Shown here in pieces: positions 20,004 through 30,172 of a DNA stretch of 64,000 nucleotides. Numbering within the stretch: the stretch's first letter is position 1; every line of letters begins with the position of its first letter. Position numbers and translations under genes: made by a program. This DNA comes from an uncultured bacterium. GTDB taxonomy: Bacteria > Armatimonadota > UBA5829 > DTLH01. Location of the stretch: positions 643-64,642 of the forward strand of contig CAZCCV010000009.1 of NCBI GenBank assembly GCA_964497515.1, read 5' to 3'. Under the pieces are notes generated by a model that saw nothing but the letters and a program-made list of their open reading frames with translations, was not told the origin of the DNA and did not search any database.

Positions 20004-20546
20004 CTACTGTCTATCCAAAAACTCGTCTTTCATCCTCCTGAGATGGCCGACAATACTCCCATCCATGATAGTGTCACCGATGCGCACTATCAGACCACCA
20101 ATTATCGACGGATCCACTTCGGTAGAAAGCGTCACCTGTCGACCTGTGCGCTTTGAGAGTCTCATTTGGAGCTGCGTACCCTCGTCCTCTGTCAACTCTA
20201 CTGCGGATGTCACTTTTGCAACTACAATTCCGCGGACTTCGTTTGCCAGAGAGACAAACTCGGCCTCCGTCTCCACGATAATCTCTTCTCGCCTATTATC
20301 AATAAGCAAATACAGGTAGAAAAGCGTTATTTCGTGAATCTTGTCGGCAAAGACATCCTTCACCACATCGCGCTTTTTCTCTGTAGGGATAAGCGGCGAA
20401 ATAATAGCTTCTTTCAGCTTTGGGACACTCTCACAGGTGTAAGAAATCAGCCCCAAGTCACTTTCAACCGCGTCGATAATCCCCTGCGATTGTGCTGAGG
20501 CAAACAGCGCCGCGGCGTACCGCCTGACTATGCGCTTATCTATCAC
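20004..20546 (-). CDS. atpH: F1 ATP synthase delta subunit (OSCP).
   Basis: Size and position in the operon. Overlaps the atpF stop. Confidence 0.85.
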   Translation of the reverse strand: MIDKRIVRRYAAALFASAQSQGIIDAVESDLGLISYTCESVPKLKEAIISPLIPTEKKRDVVKDVFADKIHEITLFYLYLLIDNRREEIIVETEAEFVSLANEVRGIVVAKVTSAVELTEDEGTQLQMRLSKRTGRQVTLSTEVDPSIIGGLIVRIGDTIMDGSIVGHLRRMKDEFLDRQ

Positions 20547-21037
20547 TTCGATTCCTCTATTGATGAGATAAACTGGTCGATAAGCTTGCGGTGGGCAGCA
20601 TCATCCATCGACTCTTCCAGCAGCTTCGAGGACGTGCCGATAACCAGATCAGCAACATCCTGGCGAAGTGACACCAGAGTCTTTTCACGGGATCTTGCCA
20701 GTTCCTCTTCGCCACGCTGAATCACCGCTTCAGCTTTTGCTCTAGCCTCTGCAACAATCTCGTCTCGAATCGCCTGGGACTCTTTTACCGCTGCCTGGAT
20801 TCGCTCTCTGGCCTCGAGTTCAATACCAGCCAATCGACTCTCGTAGTCGCGGCGCAAACCTTCCATAGTGTCCCGCTCGCGATTGGCGGTAGCATAGGTG
20901 TCTGCTATCTCGGATTTTCTATCTTCCAGCAGTTGGCCAATAGGACCGAACAGGAACCGCTTGAAGATGAAGAGCAACAGTATGAATCCGCCAATTTGCA
21001 GGATTAAAACTTTCGGATCTATATCAAGTATATTCAC
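20543..21037 (-). CDS. atpF: Fo ATP synthase subunit b.
   Basis: N-terminal TM segment followed by a long charged helix. Confidence 0.85.
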   Translation of the reverse strand: MNILDIDPKVLILQIGGFILLLFIFKRFLFGPIGQLLEDRKSEIADTYATANRERDTMEGLRRDYESRLAGIELEARERIQAAVKESQAIRDEIVAEARAKAEAVIQRGEEELARSREKTLVSLRQDVADLVIGTSSKLLEESMDDAAHRKLIDQFISSIEESK

Positions 21038-21113
21038 TTCGTGCTTCCGTTATGTTGACGAATAAGAAGAACCCTGGGGCGGTCGCCGTTGTCCGCCCCA
21101 AACCAGTCGACTA

Positions 21114-21380
21114 CTAGACCAACTTTTCGATCAGCGCAGTTGCTGAAGGTACGCCAAGGAAGAGCAGGATGAGTGCGATCAGCAGAGCGTAGATTACCAG
21201 CGACTCAATAAGAGCCAAACCGATAATCATCGCAGTCTGGATTCGTCCTGCCGCCTCCGGTTGGCGAGCGATGCCCTCAAGGGCAGCGCTGGCGGCCTTG
21301 CCTTGAGCGATTGCACCGGGAATTACCGCAATCGGCACTCCAAAACCGATTGCCAGAACCAGAGCGACTAAAAATGACAT
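21114..21380 (-). CDS. atpE: Fo ATP synthase subunit c.
   Basis: 88-aa hairpin proteolipid. [11 protein letters not shown] contains the carboxylate Glu. Confidence 0.9.
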   Translation of the reverse strand: MSFLVALVLAIGFGVPIAVIPGAIAQGKAASAALEGIARQPEAAGRIQTAMIIGLALIESLVIYALLIALILLFLGVPSATALIEKLV

Positions 21381-22153
21381 TAACTTTGTCCTCCTTCTTG
21401 CTGATGTGCGTGATCTTCGTGATCTCCGAGCCCCACAGCTATATATATCGAAACGAGCATCGAGAAGACTAACGCCTGCACGAAGCCCGAAAAGACCGCA
21501 AACAACAACATCGGGAACTGCAGCGGAACAAGAATATGCCCCATGACGTTGGTTACGATAAGGATGAGAATGGCGATTACCATATCCTCACCAAAGATGT
21601 TGCCAAAAAGACGGATAGTGAGCGAAAGCGGTCTGGCCAGCTCACCGATGATGTGAAGCGGGAACAGAAGTGGAGCGAGCCACAATGGCTCACCCAGGAA
21701 GTGTTTAATATAGTTTTTGAACCCCACTCCACGTATGCCGTAGTATTGCACTATGAAAAATGCAGCAATAGCCATCCCTGCAGCCGTATTGATGTTGGCC
21801 GTCGGCGATATAAAACCGGGGATAATACCAAAGATATTCATCGTTAGAATAAAGATGAATATAGTGCCGATGACAGGAGTGAACTTGCTGCCCTTGTCCT
21901 GGCCGATAATATTTCTGGTGAAGCCATCGAGGGATTGATAAACCCATTCCATCGCGGTTTGCAGACCGCCTTGAGGTATCTTTTGCAGCCGTCTTGTAGT
22001 CAGAAACGCCAGAACACCCAGAATAACAATAACGAACCACGTAACCGGAACGGCTTCGGGTATCCAACTAGGCAAAATATGATACGTATAGAGGAAGTGC
22101 AGCCAAGTACCGTGTTCCAGCCCTGCTGCCGGGCTTGCAGCCTCTCCGTGCAA
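21380..22153 (-). CDS. atpB: Fo ATP synthase subunit a.
   Basis: Polytopic protein. The conserved Arg helix is [16 protein letters not shown]. Confidence 0.9.
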   Translation of the reverse strand: MHGEAASPAAGLEHGTWLHFLYTYHILPSWIPEAVPVTWFVIVILGVLAFLTTRRLQKIPQGGLQTAMEWVYQSLDGFTRNIIGQDKGSKFTPVIGTIFIFILTMNIFGIIPGFISPTANINTAAGMAIAAFFIVQYYGIRGVGFKNYIKHFLGEPLWLAPLLFPLHIIGELARPLSLTIRLFGNIFGEDMVIAILILIVTNVMGHILVPLQFPMLLFAVFSGFVQALVFSMLVSIYIAVGLGDHEDHAHQQEGGQS

Positions 22154-22166
22154 AAGAAAAAACCTC

Positions 22167-22550
22167 CTATTGCCCCAAACGTTTGTTTAGCGCAATACCA
22201 ACCACTTTTAACACCATTATCGCTTGAGTCAGTATCAGTCCGACACAGAATCCGATAATGACATCTACTCGGCGTGTCAGGACCACACCGATAACAACAC
22301 TCACAACTGCAGTCAACTGGAATGCCGAGAATACAGTCAAAGATCGGCCAGATGAAATCTTTCCAGGAACAAAGACCCGTCTGACTATATAGTCAAGGCT
22401 TGCGAGCACTCCCAAACTGATAGCCGCTCCCACAGTGAACCCCAGCGCAACGAACCACTTCTGCACCGAGAGCAGCATGATAGCGACTATCGCCCACACC
22501 ACAATACTAGTTCGATAAGTGCGATGCATAAATCCTTCGTCAATATGCAT
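22167..22550 (-). CDS. atpI: ATP synthase protein I (AtpI-like small membrane protein).
   Basis: 127 aa, 4 TM, immediately upstream of atpB. Confidence 0.6.
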   Translation of the reverse strand: MHIDEGFMHRTYRTSIVVWAIVAIMLLSVQKWFVALGFTVGAAISLGVLASLDYIVRRVFVPGKISSGRSLTVFSAFQLTAVVSVVIGVVLTRRVDVIIGFCVGLILTQAIMVLKVVGIALNKRLGQ

Positions 22551-22763
22551 TTAAACCTTCAGCAGCAGCTTAATCGATTCATAAAGGCCTGCAGCCAGCC
22601 CAATGAGTGTAAAAACGAAAGTCAGCCAAGGACTCGTATCAAACTTTTTGTCCAACCACAATCCGATTACCAGCCCAACGCCTACAGAGATTAGGATAAG
22701 AAACCCAATGCTCGATATCGATCCCAGCGCTCTTATCCACTCTCGATTCGAGTCCTGCCGCAT
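22551..22763 (-). CDS. atpZ: AtpZ/AtpI-family small membrane protein (putative F0F1-ATPase subunit, Ca2+/Mg2+ transporter family).
   Basis: 70 aa, 2 TM. Stop abuts the atpI start. GxxIGxxLDxxFxTxP-type motif. Confidence 0.55.
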   Translation of the reverse strand: MRQDSNREWIRALGSISSIGFLILISVGVGLVIGLWLDKKFDTSPWLTFVFTLIGLAAGLYESIKLLLKV

Positions 22764-22932
22764 TCGGGTGCTCCCAAACCAGAATAAAAAATCAGAAGTT
22801 GACCGTAACAGACACTGAAAAAGGGCAATTGATTAGCACAACATACCACTAATCAACAATGCCCTAAGCGATACAAAAACCCGTGACAGATTATAGCATA
22901 GTCCGAATCGGACATTCCAACAGGTAATCTAC

Positions 22933-22967
22933 AACGAGGCGCCTTCACTGATGAAAGGCGCCTCGTT
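22933..22967. terminator. Perfect 13-bp stem hairpin (AACGAGGCGCCTT-cactgatga-AAGGCGCCTCGTT) between the DUF1559 gene and the atp operon promoter region.
   Basis: Seen directly. cattttag follows on the plus strand. Confidence 0.4.
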
Positions 22968-22991
22968 CATTTTAGCAAAAACTGATAGAGT

Positions 22992-23714
22992 CTATGGTGG
23001 AACCGGGCAGAAAATGCGCTTTCCGTTCTTATACATTGCGTTATCGAACTGAAGCCCACCAGGAAGTCTTCCCGAGTGCCCGTCCAGATAAGTTATGGTA
23101 GCGTAACCACCGTGAACGTGGGTAGTCTTGTCAACGTAGCAGAAGTTTGTGTCGTTGACCAATGGATATATCGTAGGGTCAGTATTATCATCAATAACCA
23201 TTGGCAGTTTTGCCGGCTCTGAGATTAAACCGAATTTGATAGATCCGTAGTCCAATCCACCTTTGAAGTTCGGAACCAGTCCAGGGTTGTACTGTCCAAA
23301 AATGCTTCGAGTGAGGTATGCGTTGAACACTAGTGAATACTTGGGAAGTCGACCCGCACTATTTTTCATAGCAGCAGTACATCTCAGTATGCTCGACCCT
23401 GCGTTACCGCTTTTGAGGTACTTCCAAAGTGGACCGTTCATTATGTTCGTCTGACCACTGGCGTACGGATCAACACCGCCACCATCAAGCGATCCCCACC
23501 AGTTCTCGTGTGGGCCACCGCCATCGTTGTCGTCTGCATACAGCAAAATTGCCTGACCGATCTGTCTGCTATTGCTCAGACACTTTGTCTCCTGTGATTT
23601 CCGCTTGGCAGACATAAACACAGGGAACAAGATCGCGGCGAGAATGGCAATAATGGCAATTACTACTAAAAGCTCTATCAGTGTGAAGCCTTGTTTCTGC
23701 TTAACCAACTGCAT
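22992..23714 (-). CDS. DUF1559 (H-X9-DG) protein with a prepilin-type N-terminal cleavage/methylation domain. Type II pseudopilin-like.
   Basis: [34 protein letters not shown]-terminal YLDGH motif. Confidence 0.8.
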   Translation of the reverse strand: MQLVKQKQGFTLIELLVVIAIIAILAAILFPVFMSAKRKSQETKCLSNSRQIGQAILLYADDNDGGGPHENWWGSLDGGGVDPYASGQTNIMNGPLWKYLKSGNAGSSILRCTAAMKNSAGRLPKYSLVFNAYLTRSIFGQYNPGLVPNFKGGLDYGSIKFGLISEPAKLPMVIDDNTDPTIYPLVNDTNFCYVDKTTHVHGGYATITYLDGHSGRLPGGLQFDNAMYKNGKRIFCPVPP

Positions 23715-24010
23715 TAGCCCCCTCTCCATTCATTGTCACTAGCAGGGTCTTACATTACTCATTATAGGGGGGCTTTTTCGATGGTCAACCCAGATTACAC
23801 TGTTTTCGACCCTTTTCAGTAAGATTACGTGTTAATACGTACGCCAGAAGCCTGTGTTTCGATGACAGAACTGAACAGGTGCACAGGTAGCATCTTGGCT
23901 TAAGCTATTATTACCAAAACTTAGCACTATATTGCTCGATAAGTCAGAATTATGGTGGCATAATGTGATTAAATGGTCATATCAGCAAATGGATCCTTGG
24001 AGGCTCTCAA

Positions 24011-24724
24011 ATGAAAAAGCAAGGTTTTACACTGATTGAGCTGCTGGTTGTTATTGCAATAATTGCAATCCTCGCCGCAATACTCTTTCCTGTATTTATC
24101 TCGGCAAGACAGAAAGCGTGGCAGACTCAGTGCTCGTCGAACCTGAGACAGATTGGCATGGCAATGACTCAGTATATCGACGATAACGGTGGTCGCTACC
24201 CTATGTGGGTAGACTTTAGAGCAGAAGGCTACCGATGGTTCGATGCCGTGCAGAAGTATTCGAAGAGCAAACTCCTCACTCGGTGTCCCCTTTACGGTAA
24301 CAAAGACAAAAGCAAACCTGTTACTTACTGGAGAAACGTCTATACGGATTATTGGTCCAATATGTCCGGAGTTGCGCCCCCGCTTACGACAGCCATTGTC
24401 TTTCCAAGAAGCACCTGTCTGCTGATGGAAGGTCCTCCAAACCCTTCCGAATGGACTTGGTGGGGTCCACCGTTCTGTCGGACGCCTACCGACCCATCAA
24501 TCGACCCGGATTCCGACCTCATCCATTTGGGCAGAGGCAATGTGCTGTTCTGCGATGGTCATATTCAAACTCTGGATCACAACTCGTGGAAGAGTGACAG
24601 AGTCGGAACCAGCGAGGGCAATCCGCTGTTCGACCTTCCCAATAAAGGTGTACTGCCAACCGGCAACCTGGCGCGCTGGGCAGATAGAAACGACGGCAGC
24701 CATCCGTGGTTCAGAGGGGACTAA
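24011..24724 (+). CDS. DUF1559 (H-X9-DG) protein with a prepilin-type N-terminal cleavage/methylation domain. Divergent paralogue of the previous gene.
   Basis: [39 protein letters not shown] motif. Confidence 0.8.
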   Translation: MKKQGFTLIELLVVIAIIAILAAILFPVFISARQKAWQTQCSSNLRQIGMAMTQYIDDNGGRYPMWVDFRAEGYRWFDAVQKYSKSKLLTRCPLYGNKDKSKPVTYWRNVYTDYWSNMSGVAPPLTTAIVFPRSTCLLMEGPPNPSEWTWWGPPFCRTPTDPSIDPDSDLIHLGRGNVLFCDGHIQTLDHNSWKSDRVGTSEGNPLFDLPNKGVLPTGNLARWADRNDGSHPWFRGD

Positions 24725-24793
24725 GAAGCAAGTCGATTGTCGAACGCGAGCATTAATGGCTCGCCCCTAGAAAAATATAATCCAAGTGGTTCT

Positions 24794-24834
24794 GAAGCGG
24801 ATCTCAAAGATAAAAGAGATCCGCTTCTTTATAC
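24794..24834 (+). terminator. Rho-independent terminator (12-bp perfect stem GAAGCGGATCTC/GAGATCCGCTTC followed by TTTATAC).
   Basis: Seen directly, downstream of the plus-strand DUF1559 gene. Confidence 0.5.
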
Positions 24835-24840
24835 AATTGG

Positions 24841-27021
24841 CTAGATAGCTGCACCAGCAAGAGAGTCTGAGGAGTTCTGTCCAGTGCTGCGCCTGTAATC
24901 GTCTGATGCAGTTCGAAAATCAATCTCTGGATAGCGCTTCCAGACATCCATCGTGAGTTTGAGAGCTCCCAAAACAAGGTCTGGACTGGATGTTCTTGTT
25001 ACGACAATCCCCACCTCCTCGGCTTTGCGCTCAACAGCACGAGCCAAAGCGGTCTGACCGATTATATGCAGGATCAACGGCAGCTCGCACTCCTTTATGG
25101 TGTGTGCTATCTTCTCCACTGCTTGAACGGGATCGGTGCCAACAGCTTTGCCATCGCTAAGTGACAGTGTAGCCCCTGGAACATGATAGCCGTAGTAGAA
25201 AACACCCGGACTGTCGAGCGTTTCTGTGGCCTTAAGAGTCTCAATGATGCCATCCAAAGTCACCGATCCTGTGAAATCGAACGGGTTCTTAGACGGATCA
25301 GCAAAGGCAGGCAGGTATCTAGCTACGGCAGAGCTAAACTCAACAGGTAGACCTTGCCGCAGTTCGATACCGACACGCTCTGCTGCATCTGCTGCAAGAA
25401 CGCCTTTGCCGCCTCCTCCAGTGAGAACAACTGCTTTTCCGCTGGCCTTTGGCAAAGTATGAAGCATCCAGATTGCAAGCCGCATTTCCTCTTCGTTTAG
25501 AGCAGCAATTGCCCCACCCTGCTTAAGTGCAGCCCTCAGTGCCTCTGCTCCACCTGTCATTCTCCCGGTATGCGAAGCAGCGCTCTCCCGACCTTTAGAA
25601 CTGACTCCTGCCGGGAGGACTATTACTGGTTTTACACTGGTAGCATTCTTCAGAGCTTTTATGAAATGGGGCCCTTCGCCTTCCTTCAACCCACCTTCTA
25701 AGTGGATAACTATCGCATCTACAGTCGGTTCATCTGCCACGCGGTTCACTATTTCTGTGAAGGTGATCCCCGAACCGTTTCCAAGAGAGAAGATCACAGC
25801 CACTGGAACGCCGTGAACTAAGTTGTACTCACAGAATGATTCGGCAGCAAGAGAACCACTTTGAGTGAAAAAAGCAAAGCTGCCGCCAGTGGCAGGATAA
25901 GCAATTCTCTTTTCATCTATGAAGAAAGTGTTATGTGATTCACTGTAGACACCAACGCAGTTTGGACCGATGTAAGGCATAGAACCCGCAGCTTTTTGCA
26001 AGTCTTCTTCCAAGCGCTTGTTTCCAGTCTCTGCAAAATCACTCGATACAATAACGGCGCCCTTGCCACCGTTTTCTCTGAACCTCTTCACGATATCCGG
26101 TGCATCGGCGGGAATTCCGGCGTATACAAGCAGGTCGCAGTCCGTCGGGACATCGTCGACAACGGGCACACGTAAACGCTTCAGGTTTTCTCTGCCTTTT
26201 TCGGTAGTCAGCATTACCCGCACATCACGCACGCTATTGGTTGCATTAGCTAGAAGCTTCATACCCACAGAATTTGGTCTGGCTGATGCTATAACTACAA
26301 ATGCACGTTTTGGCCAGACAAAAACAACAAGGCTTCTGTTTGTTTCAACCTCGGGCATAGTCCAGGGCCGACCAGTCTCAAACCTGGCATCTACAACGTG
26401 CACGCCTGAAGGTGTTGCAAAGATCGGATTAAGATCCACAGAATGAATCTCAGGGTGTTCATCCATTAGCTGCGAGACAGCCGAGACTGTAGCTGCAAGC
26501 GAGTCTATATCTGAAGGCTCCTCTCCCCGAGCGCCCATCAGTTTTTCCGACATGACGTGTTCTACTATCATCTGTTTGGCCTCATCAGTCGTGATTCTGC
26601 CTACCATAACAGATGGGGCAACAGCCTTTGCAGATATTTCGGCATACTTGCCGCCTTCGGGAGTGAAGATTATCTGAAAGCCAAAGATTGGATCTCTCTT
26701 AGCGCCAATCATCACTTCGTGCCCCGAACGACTCTCTTGTAGAACGAAACTGGCATCAGCGTGTCCGTGGGATCTGGCCGTAGCTTCCATTTTCTGCCAG
26801 GCCGAGTCGAGTTCCTCTGGGGTTGCTACTCTACTCACATATCCAAACTCTGTTTTGTGGGTTGCTTCTTCGCTGGATGAGGCGAGTTTGAGATAGTAAG
26901 CTCTGCCGTGAACGATCTGTTGTTTAGCTGTCTTAGGCGAGGCACAAAGCGCGCCTTCCAAAACGATGCCGTAATCTTGCAGAAGTTGTTTTGCGTCCAA
27001 GTGATTCAGCATTGAATACAC
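24841..27021 (-). CDS. Acyl-CoA synthetase (NDP-forming). The ATP-grasp domain is N-terminal and the CoA-binding/CoA-ligase domains follow.
   Basis: An ATP-grasp region, then a CoA-binding Rossmann fold and succinyl-CoA-synthetase-like flavodoxin domain (GPNCVGV). The domain order is beta then alpha. Confidence 0.7.
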   Translation of the reverse strand: MYSMLNHLDAKQLLQDYGIVLEGALCASPKTAKQQIVHGRAYYLKLASSSEEATHKTEFGYVSRVATPEELDSAWQKMEATARSHGHADASFVLQESRSGHEVMIGAKRDPIFGFQIIFTPEGGKYAEISAKAVAPSVMVGRITTDEAKQMIVEHVMSEKLMGARGEEPSDIDSLAATVSAVSQLMDEHPEIHSVDLNPIFATPSGVHVVDARFETGRPWTMPEVETNRSLVVFVWPKRAFVVIASARPNSVGMKLLANATNSVRDVRVMLTTEKGRENLKRLRVPVVDDVPTDCDLLVYAGIPADAPDIVKRFRENGGKGAVIVSSDFAETGNKRLEEDLQKAAGSMPYIGPNCVGVYSESHNTFFIDEKRIAYPATGGSFAFFTQSGSLAAESFCEYNLVHGVPVAVIFSLGNGSGITFTEIVNRVADEPTVDAIVIHLEGGLKEGEGPHFIKALKNATSVKPVIVLPAGVSSKGRESAASHTGRMTGGAEALRAALKQGGAIAALNEEEMRLAIWMLHTLPKASGKAVVLTGGGGKGVLAADAAERVGIELRQGLPVEFSSAVARYLPAFADPSKNPFDFTGSVTLDGIIETLKATETLDSPGVFYYGYHVPGATLSLSDGKAVGTDPVQAVEKIAHTIKECELPLILHIIGQTALARAVERKAEEVGIVVTRTSSPDLVLGALKLTMDVWKRYPEIDFRTASDDYRRSTGQNSSDSLAGAAI

Positions 27022-27284
27022 TTCCTCCAGTCATTCCTCATTGAATGTACTACATATTGGACAGAGAGCTCCCGGCTATACATCCGAAAACCAGGAAACC
27101 CATACATTTACTATTCTAGCACACTAATGGTCGAATTTGAGCCGATTCTTACGCCGTAAGCAACCAAATATGCCCAAGCTGCAGAATTGCTTAAGCTTCT
27201 GTGCAATGACCAGTAATGTCAAGAGAATTCCAAATATTTCCTAGCCCATTATTCCCCACCCGATTTGTCAGAAAACCCTCTTGA

Positions 27285-27335
27285 CGCGGTATATATAGTA
27301 TGATAGTGTTAGAAGTCCACGACATGTAGTATGTG
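27285..27335 (+). promoter_or_regulatory. Candidate tandem NrdR-box region, overlapping a TTGACG element, upstream of nrdR-nrdJ.
   Basis: gGTATATATAGTAtg and cgACATGTAGTATGTgg are AT-rich imperfect palindromes. They resemble the NrdR box consensus acaCwAtATaTwGtgt as I recall it. The match is weak. Confidence 0.25.
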
Positions 27336-27346
27336 GTTGGTAGTTT

Positions 27347-27829
27347 ATGAAGTGCCCTTATTGCGATCATCAAGAAGATAGAGTGCTCGATTCGAGGAGC
27401 GTTAGAGACGGAGAAGCAGTTAAACGACGCCGGGAATGTCTGCTCTGCAACCGTCGCTTCACTACTTACGAGCATATTGAAGAAATGCAGGTGATGGTTG
27501 TCAAAAAGGATCTGCGTCGGGAGCCTTTTGAAAGATCCAAAGTGCTAAGGGGGATGACCACAGCCTGCGAAAAGCGGCCAATCAGTGTCGAGACACTCGA
27601 ATCTGTAGCGGACGAAATAGAACGGAGCATAAGCGACTCTGGTAGAAGAGAAGTGAGCAGTGCAGAGATAGGCGACATGGTGATCGAGGCACTGAGACAA
27701 ATCGACCAGGTGGCCTATGTTCGATTTGCATCCGTTTACCGCCAGTTTGAGGATGTAACGCAGTTTATGGAGATCGTGGATGTTTTGGAGAGCCAGATGC
27801 GCAGTCCTTCAGATCAGGGCACTGACTGA
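27347..27829 (+). CDS. nrdR: Transcriptional repressor NrdR.
   Basis: MKCPYCDHQEDRVLDSR zinc ribbon plus an ATP-cone. Confidence 0.9.
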   Translation: MKCPYCDHQEDRVLDSRSVRDGEAVKRRRECLLCNRRFTTYEHIEEMQVMVVKKDLRREPFERSKVLRGMTTACEKRPISVETLESVADEIERSISDSGRREVSSAEIGDMVIEALRQIDQVAYVRFASVYRQFEDVTQFMEIVDVLESQMRSPSDQGTD

Positions 27830-27870
27830 AGACAACCATTTGGACGATTCGCCAGGGAGGGAAGGAAGGA

Positions 27871-30105
27871 ATGCTTACACAGAATGCGCTGACCGTACTT
27901 GAGAAGCGCTATTTGCGGAAGAGTGAAGATGGCAAGGTGGTGGAAAAGCCGAACGATCTGTTCAGTCGAGTAGCTACCTCGGTAGCAGAAGCCGAAAAAG
28001 CGTACGGCAAAACAGAGAAGGAAGTAAAGTCGATATCGCGCAGATTCTGCGATATGATATCGAACCTCGAATTCCTGCCGAACAGCCCGACTTTGATGAA
28101 CGCGGGGCGCGAGCTCGGACAGCTTTCGGCGTGCTTCGTGCTGCCCATCGGCGACTCAATGGAGAGCATCTTCGAGACAATAAAACACACTGCACTTATA
28201 CATAAAAGCGGCGGCGGCACAGGATTTGCGTTTTCACGACTCCGCCCTGCGAATGATGTCGTTGCATCGACAAACGGTGTCTCGAGTGGTCCAATAACGT
28301 TTATGGATGTGTTCAACTCTGCTACTGAAGCTATAAAGCAGGGTGGCACTCGCCGCGGCGCAAATATGGGTTGCCTCCGAATCGACCATCCTGATGTGCT
28401 GGATTTCATAACCTGCAAGAAGGACACGACGAAGCTTACTAACTTCAATATCTCCGTGCTTCTTACAGAAAAGTTTATGCAGGCTGTAGAGCAAGACAAA
28501 GACTACGACCTATTGAATCCGAGAACCGGCCAGGTAGTCAAGAGTCTTTCGGCGTCGAAAGTGTTCGATCTGATCGTCAATATGGCGTGGTCTAACGGAG
28601 AACCCGGAATTATCTTCATCGACCGGATCAATCGCGACAACCCTACACCATATATAGGCGAGATTGAATCGACAAACCCCTGCGGTGAACAACCACTGCT
28701 TCCATACGAGTCGTGTAATCTCGGTTCCATCAACCTTGCCAGGATGACCACCGTAGATGATGGACACGTAGTAATCGACTACGACCGCCTGCGACAGACA
28801 GTAAGAGACGGAGTGCGATTCCTCGACGATGTTATCGACATCAATCGCTATCCTATAGATGAAATAGCGGAAATGACTCGCGGCAATCGCAAGATCGGGT
28901 TGGGCATTATGGGATTTGCCGATCTGTTGATTCAGTTGGGCATCCCGTATGACAGCGAAGAAGGCATCCAGACGGCGGAGCAAGTGATGAGCTTCGTCTC
29001 TGAAGAGGCCAGACGGATGTCGGTTGAGCTTGCAGAGGAACGCGGAGTTTTCCCGAACTTCGAAGGAAGCATCTTCGATACTCGAGATGCAATGAAGGTC
29101 AGAAACGCGACAGTGACGACAATAGCACCAACAGGAACGTTGTCGATTATAGCTTCGTGTTCAAGTGGCATTGAGCCATTGTTCGCAGTGAGTTATGTGC
29201 GCAGGGTACTCGACGGCGCAGAGCTTATCGAAGTCAACCCGTATTTTGAGAAGATAGCTCGGGAGCGGGAGTTCTACAGCGACCGTCTGATGAAAGAGAT
29301 TGCAGAAAAGGGAAGTGTGCGCGGAATAGATGGAGTTCCGGCAGACGTGCAGAGGATTTTCGGCACAGCGCTCGATATAGCACCGGTATGGCACGTGCGC
29401 ATGCAGGCTGCGTTCCAGAGGTTTACAGATAACGCAGTCTCAAAGACGGTAAACTTCCCCGAAAGTGCAACACCTGAAGACGTTCGTGAAGTCTATATGC
29501 TGGCGTACAAAGAGGGCTGCAAGGGAGCCACCATCTATCGTTACGGAAGCAGAGACGCGCAGGTGTTGTCATTCACCAATTCAGCCTCCAATACAACAGG
29601 AACCGACTCGCCGCTAGCAGAGGTCAATCGCGCTCCGAGGCCGCGTCCGATGCGAACCTTTGGCTCGACGGAACGCATCAACACAGGTTGCGGCAATCTA
29701 TATGTGACAATCAATGAGGACGAGACCGGGCTTTGCGAAGTGTTCACCTCAATGGGCAAAGCTGGAGGATGTGCTGCCAGCCAGCTCGAAGCGATTGGAA
29801 GACTGATTTCCATTGCGCTGCGCACCGGCATAGCGCCGAGATCGTTGATTAAGCATCTGCGGGGTATCAGATGTCCATCGCCGGCTTGGGGTGCTGGCGG
29901 TTCGGTACTCTCCTGCGCAGATGCAATCGGTATTGCAATGGAGCGATATCTGAATTCGAAGGAAGTCGGAGAAGCTGGCGAAGGCATAAGCAAAATCGCA
30001 GATAAGCTCGACACCTTGATGGGAGCCTGTCCGGACTGCGGATGCGAAGTGGAGCACGAAAGCGGCTGCATAGTCTGCAGATTCTGTGGGTTCAGCAAAT
30101 GCTAA
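27871..30105 (+). CDS. nrdJ: Adenosylcobalamin-dependent (class II) ribonucleoside-diphosphate reductase.
   Basis: TNPCGEQPL and CNLGSINL active-site motifs. C-terminal Cys-rich zinc ribbon CPDCGCEVEHESGCIVCRFCGF. Confidence 0.9.
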   Translation: MLTQNALTVLEKRYLRKSEDGKVVEKPNDLFSRVATSVAEAEKAYGKTEKEVKSISRRFCDMISNLEFLPNSPTLMNAGRELGQLSACFVLPIGDSMESIFETIKHTALIHKSGGGTGFAFSRLRPANDVVASTNGVSSGPITFMDVFNSATEAIKQGGTRRGANMGCLRIDHPDVLDFITCKKDTTKLTNFNISVLLTEKFMQAVEQDKDYDLLNPRTGQVVKSLSASKVFDLIVNMAWSNGEPGIIFIDRINRDNPTPYIGEIESTNPCGEQPLLPYESCNLGSINLARMTTVDDGHVVIDYDRLRQTVRDGVRFLDDVIDINRYPIDEIAEMTRGNRKIGLGIMGFADLLIQLGIPYDSEEGIQTAEQVMSFVSEEARRMSVELAEERGVFPNFEGSIFDTRDAMKVRNATVTTIAPTGTLSIIASCSSGIEPLFAVSYVRRVLDGAELIEVNPYFEKIAREREFYSDRLMKEIAEKGSVRGIDGVPADVQRIFGTALDIAPVWHVRMQAAFQRFTDNAVSKTVNFPESATPEDVREVYMLAYKEGCKGATIYRYGSRDAQVLSFTNSASNTTGTDSPLAEVNRAPRPRPMRTFGSTERINTGCGNLYVTINEDETGLCEVFTSMGKAGGCAASQLEAIGRLISIALRTGIAPRSLIKHLRGIRCPSPAWGAGGSVLSCADAIGIAMERYLNSKEVGEAGEGISKIADKLDTLMGACPDCGCEVEHESGCIVCRFCGFSKC

Positions 30106-30172
30106 AAGCTGATGGCTAGGCATGGCTCTGCTTGGGTATAACTCCTGTAAAAGTTGTTATCAAGGAGGAGCT

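Noticed and set aside
27022-27346. A cobalamin riboswitch upstream of the B12-dependent RNR.
   Set aside because: No B12-box-like conserved core could be seen by eye. Regulation of nrdJ by a B12 riboswitch would also be physiologically unexpected, because such riboswitches usually repress the B12-independent RNRs.
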